This document shows, piece after piece, positions 1 through 10,594 of a DNA stretch of 64,000 nucleotides. The number at the start of each line of letters is the position of its first letter. Within the stretch, counting starts at the first letter, position 1. The DNA is from Limnothrix sp. BL-A-16 (GTDB lineage Bacteria > Cyanobacteriota > Cyanobacteriia > CACIAM-69d). The notes under the pieces were generated by a model. The model was not told the DNA's origin and searched no databases. It was given only the letters and a program-made list of their open reading frames with translations. Both the position numbers and the translations under genes were made by a program. Where the stretch lies: contig CP166615.1 of assembly GCA_041937175.2 (NCBI GenBank), positions 2,848,001 to 2,912,000 on the forward strand. Direction: 5' to 3'.

Positions 1-72
1 GCCCGTGCGCTGGCCTAACTCAATCAGGTGCAGGAGGCTGCGGATATCAATCTCGCTGAGCTGTCCTTGCAT
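1..72 (-). CDS. 5' end of PatA-family (DUF4388/PATAN + REC) chemotaxis-like response regulator, PilG/Slr1041-like; runs off the window edge
   Basis: Reverse complement from ATG at 72 reads MQGQLSEIDIRSLLHLIELGQRTG, the typical N-terminus of cyanobacterial PatA/PilG regulators; divergent from hmpF as in hmp/pil loci. Confidence 0.8.
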   Translation of the reverse strand, partial: MQGQLSEIDIRSLLHLIELGQRTG

Positions 73-910
73 AGGGCTGTCCTGGCACGGGGATAGGGGG
101 GAGTGGGGTTGCCCAGTCCTGGCTCCATGCTATCGCGATCGATCAATCCCGAATGGCTCGATCGCAACTTTTTCAAGCTCGATTTTTAAATACATTTTGT
201 CTAATACATTTTGTATAGTAGGGCGGTTGCCCAAGCAACCCGGCGCATCTACTCCAGCAGCGATTCAATCCAGCAGCGATTCAACCCCGGGCTAGTTTTG
301 AATCTCAACAACGCCAGCCAACCCACCCTAAGCAACCGCAGGGAGCTGGCAGAACTTCACCCCCAGCGGGCTGCTGGCCGGAAAATAGAAGATTGTCCCT
401 CTCAGATGGCTTCTGGCTGCGTTTGATAAAATCAGCATGGTTTAACCTCTCTGCTCATCTTGCAGCGATCTCTCAGCCCTAGCGCTGTGAAACCGAGTCT
501 GAAGGCCAAGAGCGGGAAAAATCAGCAATCAATGGGCAGTCTGACCGAAAAACAGGCCCCTTTTGCAGCACCGGAGAGTAAAACGCCCGGCTCGCGATCG
601 CGAATCGGTGATTTGAAATCCAATGGGTCAAGCTGACGTGCCGATCACCCCAGTTTCTTGGCCGGTCACGGTCAATGGCTGGTTACGGTCAACGCAGCAT
701 CAACCCGTGGTCTAATCGAGCAAATAGGGTTGCTCGGCTGGGGCCAAAATCCCCTTGCCCCTGGGCAGGGAAAAGTGTCAATCTCACAGTGGCAACCAAG
801 TCACGTCTTCATAAGTTGCGTCCTTAAAAAAGCTGCATCTTGAAAGACGGTGGCCAACGCCATCATCCGTAGCGCGAAGATCTCACTGAACGAACGAGGG
901 GAAGGGCAGC

Positions 911-2641
911 GTGCTGTATCTTGCAGAAGTCGTCCAAAAACGCGGCTTGATGGGATCAAAGTCAGAATTGAAGCTGCTGGCCTGTCAAAAGGGAGAGCAG
1001 TGGAGCGCAATTACCAATGAGGATCCCATCGCTTCAGACGATGCCAGCAATTACAAAGACGGGGCATTAGTGCTGGTGGATGCGATCGGGTCAGGGGCCG
1101 ATCGCAAAGTCAAGAATATTCAAGAAGGGGCCCGGCAGATTGTCAGCCTGCTGCAAAGCTATTCCCGTCAACAGGAAAAGAACAAGAGCCAGGAAGAAGA
1201 AATTCAGCAATGGATGGAGTCCCTGACTTACCAAAGCCAGGAGCTGAACCGGCGGGAACAGGAACTCGATGAGCGGCGCGAAAAACTGGAGCAACTGGAA
1301 CAGGAGTTGCGGCAGCTCGATCGCCAGCGCCAAGAGGTGCAACAGGCCCGGGAATCGGCCGATCGGCTCAATCAGGAAGTGCAACACAAGCGCCAGGAAA
1401 TTGAGCAGGCTCAACATGCCCTGCGGGCCCAGCAGGAGCAACTGAACCAAGAGCGCCTGACGATGCAGCAGCAGTTAGCGCAGTCGGCGGGTCTCGATGC
1501 CCAACAGGCGGCGCAATTGCAACATTTGCTGCAACAGGCGGCTTCTTCGGTGGTGGCCATGGACTATTTGCAGTCGGCGGTGGAAACTTGCCTGCAAATT
1601 ACGGCGGCCCAGGAGAGCCTGCTCAGCCACGCCCCAACGACGGAACCAACCCTTTCCCCGGAGGTGCGGGATTGGATTACGTCGGAAACCCAGACCCTGG
1701 CGGCGGCTTGGCAGGATTGGTATGCCCAGCGGGATGATCTGGATCGGGCCCGGGCCGAGTGGCGGGCCCAACAAACGGCGCTCGAACTTCATCAACAGCA
1801 GCTTTCGGCCGTTGAAGGGCAACTGGCCACCCAACGCAGCTTGCAGACCCTGTTGGAGCAAGCGGCCAATGGGGATGGCCACAGCGATGCAGCCCAACGG
1901 GTCGATCGGGCAGCCTTGGAAGCCATGCCGATCGGGGAGTTGCAAGAGCTGACGGCCCAGTTGCAGCGGGACTTGGAAAAGCTATCGCGGCTGGTGAGTG
2001 ACGAGGAAGAGGAGCTGAGTGCCAAGCGCCAGGCGATCGAGGAACTGCAAGGCCAAATCAACAGCGCCAATGAGTACGATCGCATTCAGCTAGAAGCCAA
2101 CCTGGCCGATGAGCGCGACGGTTGCCAGATGCTGGAAGAAACCCTGGTGGGCCAACGGCGCAACCTGCAAGAGCGGGAAGAGGTGCTCCATGCCCACAAA
2201 ACGGTGCTGAACAAGCGCCAAGGGTTGGCAACGCCCCGCACGGATGGCAGCGTGGATCTGTCGCCGCTGCTCGATCGGGTAACGCAAGACATTCAAGCCC
2301 TGGAAGGATTGCAGTCCCAATTGCGCGATCGGGTTTCCACGTTGGAATCCACGGTGCAAGAGGCGGAAATGACGGTGAACCAGCGCCAAGGAGATGTGCA
2401 AGCTCAATTGCAAGTCCTGCAAGATCGGGAACGCGAATTGCAAAGCAAGCAAATTGAGGCCATCACCCAGGGCAGCCAAGGGGGCGATACCCTGACTCAG
2501 CCCATGTCTGAGCAGGTTTCTGGACTGCGGCAACACCTGGAAGCCCTATTGACCAACCTCACCCAGGCGACGGACACCACCCAAGCCCAACAGGCGACGA
2601 TCGGGCAGATGCAGCAAATCGTTGCTTCCCTCAGCAAGTAG
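911..2641 (+). CDS. hmpF: Pilus motility taxis protein HmpF (coiled-coil)
   Basis: N-terminus MLYLAEV..K..L....ELKLLACQ followed by a long Q/E-rich coiled coil; divergent from a PatA/PilG-type gene. Confidence 0.85.
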   Translation: MLYLAEVVQKRGLMGSKSELKLLACQKGEQWSAITNEDPIASDDASNYKDGALVLVDAIGSGADRKVKNIQEGARQIVSLLQSYSRQQEKNKSQEEEIQQWMESLTYQSQELNRREQELDERREKLEQLEQELRQLDRQRQEVQQARESADRLNQEVQHKRQEIEQAQHALRAQQEQLNQERLTMQQQLAQSAGLDAQQAAQLQHLLQQAASSVVAMDYLQSAVETCLQITAAQESLLSHAPTTEPTLSPEVRDWITSETQTLAAAWQDWYAQRDDLDRARAEWRAQQTALELHQQQLSAVEGQLATQRSLQTLLEQAANGDGHSDAAQRVDRAALEAMPIGELQELTAQLQRDLEKLSRLVSDEEEELSAKRQAIEELQGQINSANEYDRIQLEANLADERDGCQMLEETLVGQRRNLQEREEVLHAHKTVLNKRQGLATPRTDGSVDLSPLLDRVTQDIQALEGLQSQLRDRVSTLESTVQEAEMTVNQRQGDVQAQLQVLQDRERELQSKQIEAITQGSQGGDTLTQPMSEQVSGLRQHLEALLTNLTQATDTTQAQQATIGQMQQIVASLSK

Positions 2642-2659
2642 CTGTCAGCAAACGGCGCT

Positions 2660-3982
2660 TTAGGCAAACGGCATGGTTGCTCCGTCCTGGGCCGCTTGGG
2701 CGATCGCCTGCCATTCCTGAAGACCTTGGCGGGCGGTGACGGTTGCCTGCTGAGCAGCCACCTGATCAATCCAGGCTGCGAGCCGATCGACTCCCTGTTG
2801 GGGATCGATTTGCCGCAGCGCCGCCAGCACTTGCAAGGCTAGGGTCGGGGACTGGTTCGGCCGATCGCACAGCCGAGGCAGCAAGCGATCGAACGCGGCC
2901 GCCACTCGCAAATTACCCAGGGCTTCAATTAAGGCCCCCTGAACTGCCCAGTCGGTGAAGGGAGCCAGGGGCCGATCGAGCCAATCGAGCAGCAGATTAG
3001 CCACCCGGCGTTGATAGGTTTGATCGGAACTGTGATGCTGGGCGATCGCCACAATCCCCCCCAACAACAGATCTGTTTCACCTTGGGGCAACCGCTCTCC
3101 CAAGGCCGCCAAGGCCGAGGGCAACCCCATCTGAGCCAACAGCCGCACCACCAACTCCGGTGGCAACTGTCGCCGCTCCCAGGCCGCCACCAAGGCCGCC
3201 CGCGCCGGTTCATGGCCCCAGTGGCTGAGGGCCAAGGCGGCCGCCTCCGCCACCGAGTCCACCGGATCGCTCAACAGTTGGGTGAGGGTTTGGGCGATGG
3301 TGTCTTGGGCCACCTGATTGTGGCCCCAACGCTTGGCCCCCAAAGCCGTCACCGCCACCAATCGCACGTCGGCTTCCGAGTCTTGAGTGCCTTTCAGCAG
3401 GTGGGGTAACAAGGCGGGATGGGGCAAGCTGCCCAGGGCTTCCAGGGCCGCCCGGCGCAGGGATGGTTGAGGGGCCGATATCCCAATCAGAAGACCTTTG
3501 ATCGCCTCGGGGTGGTCAATTTGGGCGATCGCCTTGATCACCAAGGGCCCCCAATTCGGATCCATGAGGTAAGGGTTCAGACAATCCAGGGCCACCGTTC
3601 GCAATGGGGGCGATCGCTCTGCCAATTTGCCCAAGGCCTCGATCGCCGCTGCCTGCACGGAGGGATCCGACGCGATCGACAGCAGATTCACCAGCGATTG
3701 CACCGCCGCTGGGTCGTCAAACTCTCCCAAGGCCCTGGCCACAAACCAGCATTGCTCTAAGTCCAGCGCTTCATCGGTCAGCAACGCCACCAGGACCGGA
3801 ATCGCAGGCTTGCCAATGGCTTTGAGCTGCCCGATCGCCTGCCAGCGTTCATAAAAATCCCCATCCGCCAAAGTCGCCAGCGCCTGATTTAACGCTGGAT
3901 CGCTCACTGGCTCCAGCACCTGATCGAGCGGTTGACCGGGCAGTTGCCCCAACTCCTGCGCTTGATGGTGATTCAATGGCAT
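2660..3982 (-). CDS. HEAT-repeat (PBS lyase-like) protein
   Basis: Repeated helical units such as VQAAAIEALGKL, LRRAALEALGSL, VRLVAVTALG. Confidence 0.8.
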   Translation of the reverse strand: MPLNHHQAQELGQLPGQPLDQVLEPVSDPALNQALATLADGDFYERWQAIGQLKAIGKPAIPVLVALLTDEALDLEQCWFVARALGEFDDPAAVQSLVNLLSIASDPSVQAAAIEALGKLAERSPPLRTVALDCLNPYLMDPNWGPLVIKAIAQIDHPEAIKGLLIGISAPQPSLRRAALEALGSLPHPALLPHLLKGTQDSEADVRLVAVTALGAKRWGHNQVAQDTIAQTLTQLLSDPVDSVAEAAALALSHWGHEPARAALVAAWERRQLPPELVVRLLAQMGLPSALAALGERLPQGETDLLLGGIVAIAQHHSSDQTYQRRVANLLLDWLDRPLAPFTDWAVQGALIEALGNLRVAAAFDRLLPRLCDRPNQSPTLALQVLAALRQIDPQQGVDRLAAWIDQVAAQQATVTARQGLQEWQAIAQAAQDGATMPFA

Positions 3983-4371
3983 AGCCAACCGTTTCTGAAT
4001 TGAAGTATCTAGATTGAAATATTTGGATTGAGTCTTGAGCAGCGAACTGACTCTCAGCTTAACTGTCTCTATCTAACTGTCTTTCAAATGGAATCGCTGG
4101 AGGCCATGATTTGAAACGGTTGGCAATCGATCGACTCTTGGATCATCGCCTGGTCAAGGTTTCAGCGATTCCGACCATGACCAGTACGGTGGAGCATTGA
4201 CGCGGGTTAGCGGCTTTGCGTTAGGGTTTGGAGCGGCGCGATCGGACACTCCAAGGCAAATCTCCCGATGCAGGCCTGGCCCAAACCAGGCACACTGAAC
4301 AGGGAATGTATCCATTGCACAAAAACCGTTGGGCAATCCTAGTTGAGCAGTAGCAAGAGCAGTTCTGAACG

Positions 4372-5451
4372 ATGGTAACCCTGCAAGACGCACAACAGCA
4401 GATGGGAGCAGTATGGGATCCCGCCGTGGCCGAGGGGCAAGTGCCCGCCCATTTCGGCAACGATTCAGCGGCGATCGCGGCGGTCACTGCGGAAGTGGCC
4501 CTGGTGGATCGATCGCACTGGGCCCTGTTGCAATTAACGGGGGACGATCGATCCTTGTTTTTGCACAACCAAAGCACCGCCAATATCAAAACTCTGCAAC
4601 CGGGTCAGGGTTGCCAAACCGTCTTGGTGACCTCCACCGCCCGCACCCTGGATTTGGCCACAGTGGCCGTGACGGCGGAAGCACTGGATTTATTAGTGTC
4701 GCCGGGGATGGGGCCGACCCTGTTTCGCTGGCTCGATCGCTACATCTTTCCCGCCGATCGGGTCGCCCTCGCGGATATCAGCGGTCAATTCGCGATTTTC
4801 AGCCTTGTGGGGCCCCAAAGCGCCCTTTGTTTGCAACAGTTGGGGGCAGTCCTTGAAGAAATTTCAGCCCTGGAACCCTTTGCCCACCAGACCATGATCC
4901 TGGCTCAGGATGTGACTGTGCGGGTGCAACGGGGCAGCGGTCTGGCCACCGATGGCTACACCCTTTGGGTAACCAACGATCGAGCCGGTGACCTGTGGCA
5001 GGCGATCGCCCAAGCGGGAGCCGTTCCCCTGGGCGAACAGGCCTGGGAACAGTTGCGGATCGCAGAAGGACGACCGGCGGTGGGCCATGAGTTGACGGAA
5101 GATTACAACCCCCTGGAAGCAGGGCTATGGACAGCCATATCCTTTAACAAAGGCTGCTACATCGGCCAGGAAACGATCGCCCGCCTGAACACCTACAACG
5201 GCGTGAAGTTGAACCTTTGGGGGTTTCGATTGCCTCGGGTGATCGAAACCCCCTGTCCGATTTTGCAAGCGGATCAAAAAGTGGGAACCCTCACCAGTTG
5301 TGTGGCCACCGAAAACGGGGCGATCGGGCTGGGCTATTTGCGCACCAAAGTGGGCGGCGCGGGCTTAAGCGTCATGATTGACCATTGCCCCACCGACGCG
5401 ATCGACCTGCCCTTCATTACGCGCGAGCTGGCCAACACCATCGACCATTAG
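4372..5451 (+). CDS. ygfZ: Folate-binding protein YgfZ (GcvT family)
   Basis: Signature KGCYIGQETIAR; GcvT-like N-terminus. Confidence 0.9.
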   Translation: MVTLQDAQQQMGAVWDPAVAEGQVPAHFGNDSAAIAAVTAEVALVDRSHWALLQLTGDDRSLFLHNQSTANIKTLQPGQGCQTVLVTSTARTLDLATVAVTAEALDLLVSPGMGPTLFRWLDRYIFPADRVALADISGQFAIFSLVGPQSALCLQQLGAVLEEISALEPFAHQTMILAQDVTVRVQRGSGLATDGYTLWVTNDRAGDLWQAIAQAGAVPLGEQAWEQLRIAEGRPAVGHELTEDYNPLEAGLWTAISFNKGCYIGQETIARLNTYNGVKLNLWGFRLPRVIETPCPILQADQKVGTLTSCVATENGAIGLGYLRTKVGGAGLSVMIDHCPTDAIDLPFITRELANTIDH

Positions 5452-5477
5452 CGATCGTTAAACTGCAATCATTGCCA

Positions 5478-6134
5478 CTACTGGCGGGCGATCGGCCCCA
5501 AGTAGCGCTGGAGATAAGGGGAAAAGACCTCAAAAATCAGCGTGAGGGGCTGATTTCGATGCCAAAACAGGTAATGTCGCCCCCAAAGCGGCCCCGACTC
5601 TCCAAATGCGGCCTCTAGGGCCGCCGATCGCCCATAACAAATTCCCCGCACATCGCGGTACAGCTCCGTGCGCAACCGAGCCAGACTGGCCCAAATGGGC
5701 AGCGATCGGTTTTGCAAATACTCATCCACATGGCTGGCTTCCCACCAAGACGTGGCATAGGCCAACCGCTGGCCGGAAGCCGTCCGTAACCAAACCTGGC
5801 GACGCAACCGCGGCCCCGGAACCATTTCGATCGCCTCCGGGGCCCCATCCCCCGCCGGCCCCACCACCGACATATCAATCACATCCACCTCGGTTGGTTC
5901 TCCCGTCAGCAATTGCAGGTGGCGAGTGGGTGACCCATCTCCCAACAACAACATTTGCCAAGGGGGAGCCAAAAAATGGTGAGGTAAGCCCTGCTGCACA
6001 ACGGTTTCATCCCCTTGCCAGGTGGGTTTCAGCCGATGCCAATCCCCATGGGATCCCAGCTCGATCGAGGGGCGATCGACGGGGGGTTGAGGTGCAGATA
6101 AATCCGCTTGTCGATCAGTAACGCTAGCAGTCAA
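5478..6134 (-). CDS. ubiC: Chorismate pyruvate-lyase (cyanobacterial UbiC, DUF98-type)
   Basis: LLLGDGSPTRHLQLLTG, RRQVWLRTASGQRLAYATSWW, PLTLIFEVFSP motifs. Confidence 0.8.
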   Translation of the reverse strand: MTASVTDRQADLSAPQPPVDRPSIELGSHGDWHRLKPTWQGDETVVQQGLPHHFLAPPWQMLLLGDGSPTRHLQLLTGEPTEVDVIDMSVVGPAGDGAPEAIEMVPGPRLRRQVWLRTASGQRLAYATSWWEASHVDEYLQNRSLPIWASLARLRTELYRDVRGICYGRSAALEAAFGESGPLWGRHYLFWHRNQPLTLIFEVFSPYLQRYLGPIARQ

Positions 6135-6349
6135 GGTCTTTGCATTTCTTAACTTTTCTCGATCCTAACACTCACCCCAAGAAAAGGGACTGGAGCATCA
6201 CCCTCGTGATGCGGCTTTCAGCATTCCCCCTGGAATTTAAGAACGCGGCGGATCTCGATCAATTTGAGAGTCCCGTTCATTCTGTCGAGAGCCTGAGTCG
6301 TAATCCTTGAGTCGCAATCTTGAGTCACCACTCTGACCCTAGGACTATG

Positions 6350-6382
6350 AAAAACCGGATCACTGAAAATCAATGATCCGGT
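6350..6382 (-). terminator. Probable intrinsic terminator downstream of tRNA-Leu
   Basis: Stem ACCGGATCA/TGATCCGGT followed by a T-run on the minus strand. Confidence 0.55.
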
Positions 6383-6454
6383 CACAGGTTATGAGCTGAG
6401 GACGCTCAAGCCAGGTTTCAAAATGCTCTGGATGAAGTCCAATCTGGAATTCAA

Positions 6455-6535
6455 TGCGGATGGCGGGACTCGAACCCGCAAGGCAAAGCCACACGCCCCT
6501 CAAACGTGCGCGTATACCAATTCCGCCACATCCGC
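6455..6535 (-). tRNA. trnL: tRNA-Leu(GAG)
   Basis: GCGGATG acceptor stem, D-loop GGAATTGGTA, anticodon arm CACGT-TTGAGGG-GCGTG, variable arm, GGTTCGAGTCC T-arm; no encoded CCA. Confidence 0.95.
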
Positions 6536-6893
6536 AGGTGATTCACTGATGATGCTGGTGTGAGTTTTTGGGGGTATTGCTGAACCCAACCGAGGATGTT
6601 GGGGGCAAATAATCGTTACCCGTCAAACCAGCCGTAGCAGTATAGCATTCTTCGATCGTTTTGTTGAGCCTTGTTTCAGGATTAATGCACATCGGAAATG
6701 CACGTTGGGATGCGACTTGAGAGGGTGCGCTAGCCAGGATCGAAGATTCAGCCAAGGCCTGAGCAGGTATTAAACGAGATTTAAGAGGATCACCGCGATC
6801 GGCCCGATTTCCCCAGACTCCGCCGCCCGATCGCCCGCAGGCCACCCACGATGATAGGATTGGCTACCGCGCCCCACCTGCGATCGTACGACA

Positions 6894-8252
6894 ATGCGCT
6901 TTTCAAAAGTCCTGATTGCCAACCGTGGAGAAATCGCCGTTCGGGTAATCCGAGCCTGCGAAGAACTGGGAATTTCCACCGTGGCTGTTCACTCCACTGC
7001 CGATCGACAAGCCCTGCACGTGCAGCTTGCCGATGAAGCCGTTTGCATCGGCGACGCAGCCAGCAGCAAAAGCTATCTGAACATTCCCAACATCATCGCC
7101 GCCGCTCTGACCCACAACGCCACGGCCATTCACCCGGGCTACGGTTTTTTGGCAGAAAACGCAAAATTTGTCGAGATTTGTAACGATCACCAAATTGCCT
7201 TCATTGGCCCCTCGCCGGCCGCCATCCGGGCCATGGGCGACAAGTCCACCGCCAAGGAAACCATGCAACGGGCCGGCGTGCCCACGGTTCCCGGCAGCGA
7301 AGGACTGGTGCAAAACGAAGAAGCGGCCCTGGAGTTGGCCAATGAGATTGGCTATCCCGTAATGATTAAGGCCACGGCGGGCGGTGGCGGTCGCGGAATG
7401 CGTTTGGTGCGCAGCGCCGAAGAGTTGCCCAAGCTGTTCCAAGCGGCCCAAGGGGAAGCGGAAGCGGCCTTTGGCAATCCGGGCCTCTACATTGAGAAAT
7501 TCATTGAACGGCCGCGGCATATTGAGTTCCAAATTTTGGCCGACAGCCATGGCAACGTGATCCACCTGGGTGAGCGGGATTGTTCAATTCAGCGCCGCCA
7601 CCAAAAGCTCCTGGAAGAAGCGCCTAGCCCTGTGTTGAATCCGGAATTACGGGAAAAAATGGGCAGCGCGGCCGTGGCGGCGGCCAAGTCGATCGACTAT
7701 GTGGGCGCAGGAACGGTGGAGTTTCTGGTGGATCGATCGGGCAATTTCTATTTTATGGAAATGAACACCCGCATTCAGGTTGAACATCCAGTCACAGAAA
7801 TGGTTTGCGGCCTGGATTTGATCGCTGAACAATTGCGGATTGCCCAAGGGGAAAAGCTACGCCTCACCCAAGATCAAGTGCAGTTGCGCGGCCATGCGAT
7901 CGAATGTCGAATTAATGCGGAAGATCCCGATCAAAATTTCCGCCCTTGTCCCGGTCGCATTGGAGCCTATTTACCACCGGGTGGCCCGGGGGTGCGGATC
8001 GATTCCCACGTTTATCCCGATTATGAAATTCCGGCCTACTACGATTCTTTGATTGGCAAATTGATTGTTTGGGGCCCCGATCGCTCCAGTGCGATCGCCC
8101 GAATGAAGCGGGCCCTGCGCGAATGTGCCATCACCGGGGTGAACACCACGATCGGTTTTCACCAAAAAATTATGGAATCGCCAGAATTTATTGGCGGCGA
8201 AGTTTATACCAATTTTGTTGAAGAGTGGATGAGCAAAAATAAAAAGCGCTAA
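6894..8252 (+). CDS. accC: Acetyl-CoA carboxylase biotin carboxylase subunit
   Basis: [47 protein letters not shown]. Confidence 0.97.
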   Translation: MRFSKVLIANRGEIAVRVIRACEELGISTVAVHSTADRQALHVQLADEAVCIGDAASSKSYLNIPNIIAAALTHNATAIHPGYGFLAENAKFVEICNDHQIAFIGPSPAAIRAMGDKSTAKETMQRAGVPTVPGSEGLVQNEEAALELANEIGYPVMIKATAGGGGRGMRLVRSAEELPKLFQAAQGEAEAAFGNPGLYIEKFIERPRHIEFQILADSHGNVIHLGERDCSIQRRHQKLLEEAPSPVLNPELREKMGSAAVAAAKSIDYVGAGTVEFLVDRSGNFYFMEMNTRIQVEHPVTEMVCGLDLIAEQLRIAQGEKLRLTQDQVQLRGHAIECRINAEDPDQNFRPCPGRIGAYLPPGGPGVRIDSHVYPDYEIPAYYDSLIGKLIVWGPDRSSAIARMKRALRECAITGVNTTIGFHQKIMESPEFIGGEVYTNFVEEWMSKNKKR

Positions 8253-8260
8253 TCAAGCGC

Positions 8261-8406
8261 TAGGGCCTGTCGTCATTTCCTGAGATCAGACAACAACGGT
8301 TGATTTTCCATGCCCCAATCGTCGTAACAAGGGGCTTGAGCATCTTGTCCCCCACGATCTGCCAACATTGGAATTAGGGTTTCAGGCGATTTGACGACAC
8401 GCCCTA
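8261..8406. mobile_element. MITE-like element, family A copy 1 (146 bp)
   Basis: Terminal inverted repeats TAGGGCCTGTCGTCA / TGACGACACGCCCTA; central imperfect palindrome at 8328-8347; homologous to 13440-13585 and 47645-47790. Confidence 0.75.
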
Positions 8407-8637
8407 ATCCTAACCACTGAATTGCTGACCACCTTCCTAACCTGTTTCGGAGTCAACCATGGGCGACCATTGGATGGATTGGGCCACGGTGATTGGCTAT
8501 GTGGGATTCACGCTATTCATCATGTGGCAAATTTTTAGCCGATCGAAATAGACCTGCTAAATAGACCTGCTAATTGCGGGGTTGGGACAGGAAAGTGAGC
8601 ACAGGAGAGATTGCTGGCTCCGTTGGGCAAATTTTTC

Positions 8638-10290
8638 CTAGCGATCGGGCAAGGACGAACTGGCGTGCCGCAATCCCCAGCTCACCGCCAGGGCCAAGGG
8701 AATAGAAAGGGGTGTGAGCCAGTCGCCCCAACGGACGTAGGGCGTTTGCCGGGTGCGGCGATAGATTTCGGTGGTGTGCAGTTCGTAGGTGTTGGGGCGC
8801 GATCGCCAGTGGGTGACTCCGTGGGGATCGATGAAGGCGGAATAACCGGTGTTGGCGGCGCGGGCCACCCATCGATCGGTTTCGATCGCCCGCATCACAT
8901 CTTGGGCGTGGTGTTGGGCAAACATCGTGGGCCGGTAATGGGCGTTGTTGGCTGCCGAAAGGATGAATTGCCCACCGCTGGCCGCCTGCGATCGCGCCAA
9001 CTCCGCATGGGCTGAGTCATAGCAAATCAGGGCGATCGCCTGGCCAAAGGGAGTGTTGAGGCGCTGGTTGGGCTGGCCGAGGGCCAACTTGGTGTCCAAC
9101 GGCGATAGGCGATCGATGAAGCCGCCGACCACAGACTCGAAGGGAATATATTCCCCCAGGGGCACGAGGCGCACTTTGTCATAGCGACCCACGGCTTTTC
9201 CGGCGCGATCGAGGGAAATGAGGCTGTTGGTGAGGCGATCAGGTTGTTGGCGATCGGGCGCAAATAAACCCAGCCACACGGGCACAGCCCGATCGAGCAC
9301 TGCCGACAGGAATTCATTGCGCCGATCGCGGGTGGCTTCCGCCGTCCAGACCATTGGCAAGGCCGTTTCGGGAATTAGCACGCCGTCAACGCCCGCCGCC
9401 GCCAGAGTTTCATAGCCCCGTTGATAGCCCGTGAGGGCCCTGCGCCAACCTTCGGAGCCAAATTTCAGATCGTTGGGAATGTTGCCTTGGATCACCCCGA
9501 TCGTCAGGGCCGCAGCGGGGCGATCGGCCAAGGGCTGGGCAGCCAAAGCGGCCCCCAAGCCATGGCCCAACAGCAATAGTGCGATCGCTCCGGCCCACCA
9601 ACGCCGCCGATGGGTCAACCAACCTTCTGCCCAAGCTCCATTCACCCCCACAACCACCGCCGTTACCAAGGCGGGGCCCGACAGTTGGCCCAAGTGCAAA
9701 ATCGCTAAGTTGTGAGGCGCTTGGGTCAGGCCCAATCCCGTCCAAGCCAAGGGAGATTGGTTCCAGAGCCATTCCGTCACCAACCACAGGGCCAGGCCCA
9801 GCGCCCAGCGTCCGCCAGCCGATCGCCCCGCCAGTTTGCGGTGTAGCAGCCCAAACCCCACTGCCCAGCAGGCGACCTGCGATCCGGCCCAACCGGCCGC
9901 CACCAACCAGCACACCAGGGCAATGGTGAGGCTGGTGGCCCAAGACACTCCCAACCACATCATGGGATGTAGGCCCGTGAGCCAAAACACCGCCACGAGG
10001 TTGTAGCCCAAACCCCAAAGCCAGCCCAAACCAAGTCGATCGCGCCAATTGAGCGTTGGGTTAGCCAGCAACCACCACAGCGGAGCGATCGCCACCCAAG
10101 GGAGCGGCCACCAGCCCACCGGCTCCGGCCCCAGCCCCATCGCTACCCCAGCTCCCAAGGCCAGGGCCGATCGCTGCCAACGACTCCATAGCGATCGCCT
10201 TGGCCCTGGCTCGCCGGCAGTGGGTGCAACGCCGCTGACCCAACGACTCAAAAAATCCGTTCCTTGCCCCCCGGTTTTGCGACCAAACAC
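8638..10290 (-). CDS. lnt: Apolipoprotein N-acyltransferase
   Basis: Multiple TM segments plus nitrilase-fold motifs IQGNI, PETA, YDKVRLVPLGEYIPF, ICYDS, RAANTGYSAFIDP. Confidence 0.92.
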   Translation of the reverse strand: MFGRKTGGQGTDFLSRWVSGVAPTAGEPGPRRSLWSRWQRSALALGAGVAMGLGPEPVGWWPLPWVAIAPLWWLLANPTLNWRDRLGLGWLWGLGYNLVAVFWLTGLHPMMWLGVSWATSLTIALVCWLVAAGWAGSQVACWAVGFGLLHRKLAGRSAGGRWALGLALWLVTEWLWNQSPLAWTGLGLTQAPHNLAILHLGQLSGPALVTAVVVGVNGAWAEGWLTHRRRWWAGAIALLLLGHGLGAALAAQPLADRPAAALTIGVIQGNIPNDLKFGSEGWRRALTGYQRGYETLAAAGVDGVLIPETALPMVWTAEATRDRRNEFLSAVLDRAVPVWLGLFAPDRQQPDRLTNSLISLDRAGKAVGRYDKVRLVPLGEYIPFESVVGGFIDRLSPLDTKLALGQPNQRLNTPFGQAIALICYDSAHAELARSQAASGGQFILSAANNAHYRPTMFAQHHAQDVMRAIETDRWVARAANTGYSAFIDPHGVTHWRSRPNTYELHTTEIYRRTRQTPYVRWGDWLTPLSIPLALAVSWGLRHASSSLPDR

Positions 10291-10293
10291 GCC

Positions 10294-10479
10294 CTAACGC
10301 CCCTGCTCGATCGCCGGTTTAGGGGGTTCGGGGGCGGGTTCAGCGCTGGGGCTGAAGGCTGGGCCCACCCAAGCCAGGGCGATCGCCCCCAGCACCACCC
10401 ACTGGGTCGCTTGCAGGAGCCGATCGGGCGATCGGGGGGCCGTTGAAGGGGGGGAGTTGGGGGGCAAATCCGGTTGCAT
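10294..10479 (-). CDS. Small single-TM hypothetical protein
   Basis: 61-aa ATG ORF with one hydrophobic helix (WVVLGAIALAWVG); stop lies 3 nt before the lnt start. Confidence 0.45.
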   Translation of the reverse strand: MQPDLPPNSPPSTAPRSPDRLLQATQWVVLGAIALAWVGPAFSPSAEPAPEPPKPAIEQGR

Positions 10480-10514
10480 AGTCCGTCTTGAGATTACTTT
10501 TGGAATTATTTTTC

Positions 10515-10594
10515 AGGTTCAATCAACCACAGGTTCAATCAACCACGGGTTTAATCAACCACGGGTTTAATCAACCAGGGGTTTAATCAACCAA
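10515..10594. repeat. Tandem repeat, 5 x 16 bp (RGGTTYAATCAACCAN)
   Basis: Units start at 10515, 10531, 10547, 10563, 10579; the last overlaps the PP2C stop codon. Confidence 0.9.

Noticed and set aside
6455..6535. tRNA genes as integration sites (also 33490-33563 and 62937-63021)
   Set aside because: No integrase and no duplicated tRNA 3' end were seen, and the flanks are host-like genes
10515..10594. Possible CRISPR array
   Set aside because: Units are 16 bp and directly adjacent with no spacers, and there are no cas genes in the window
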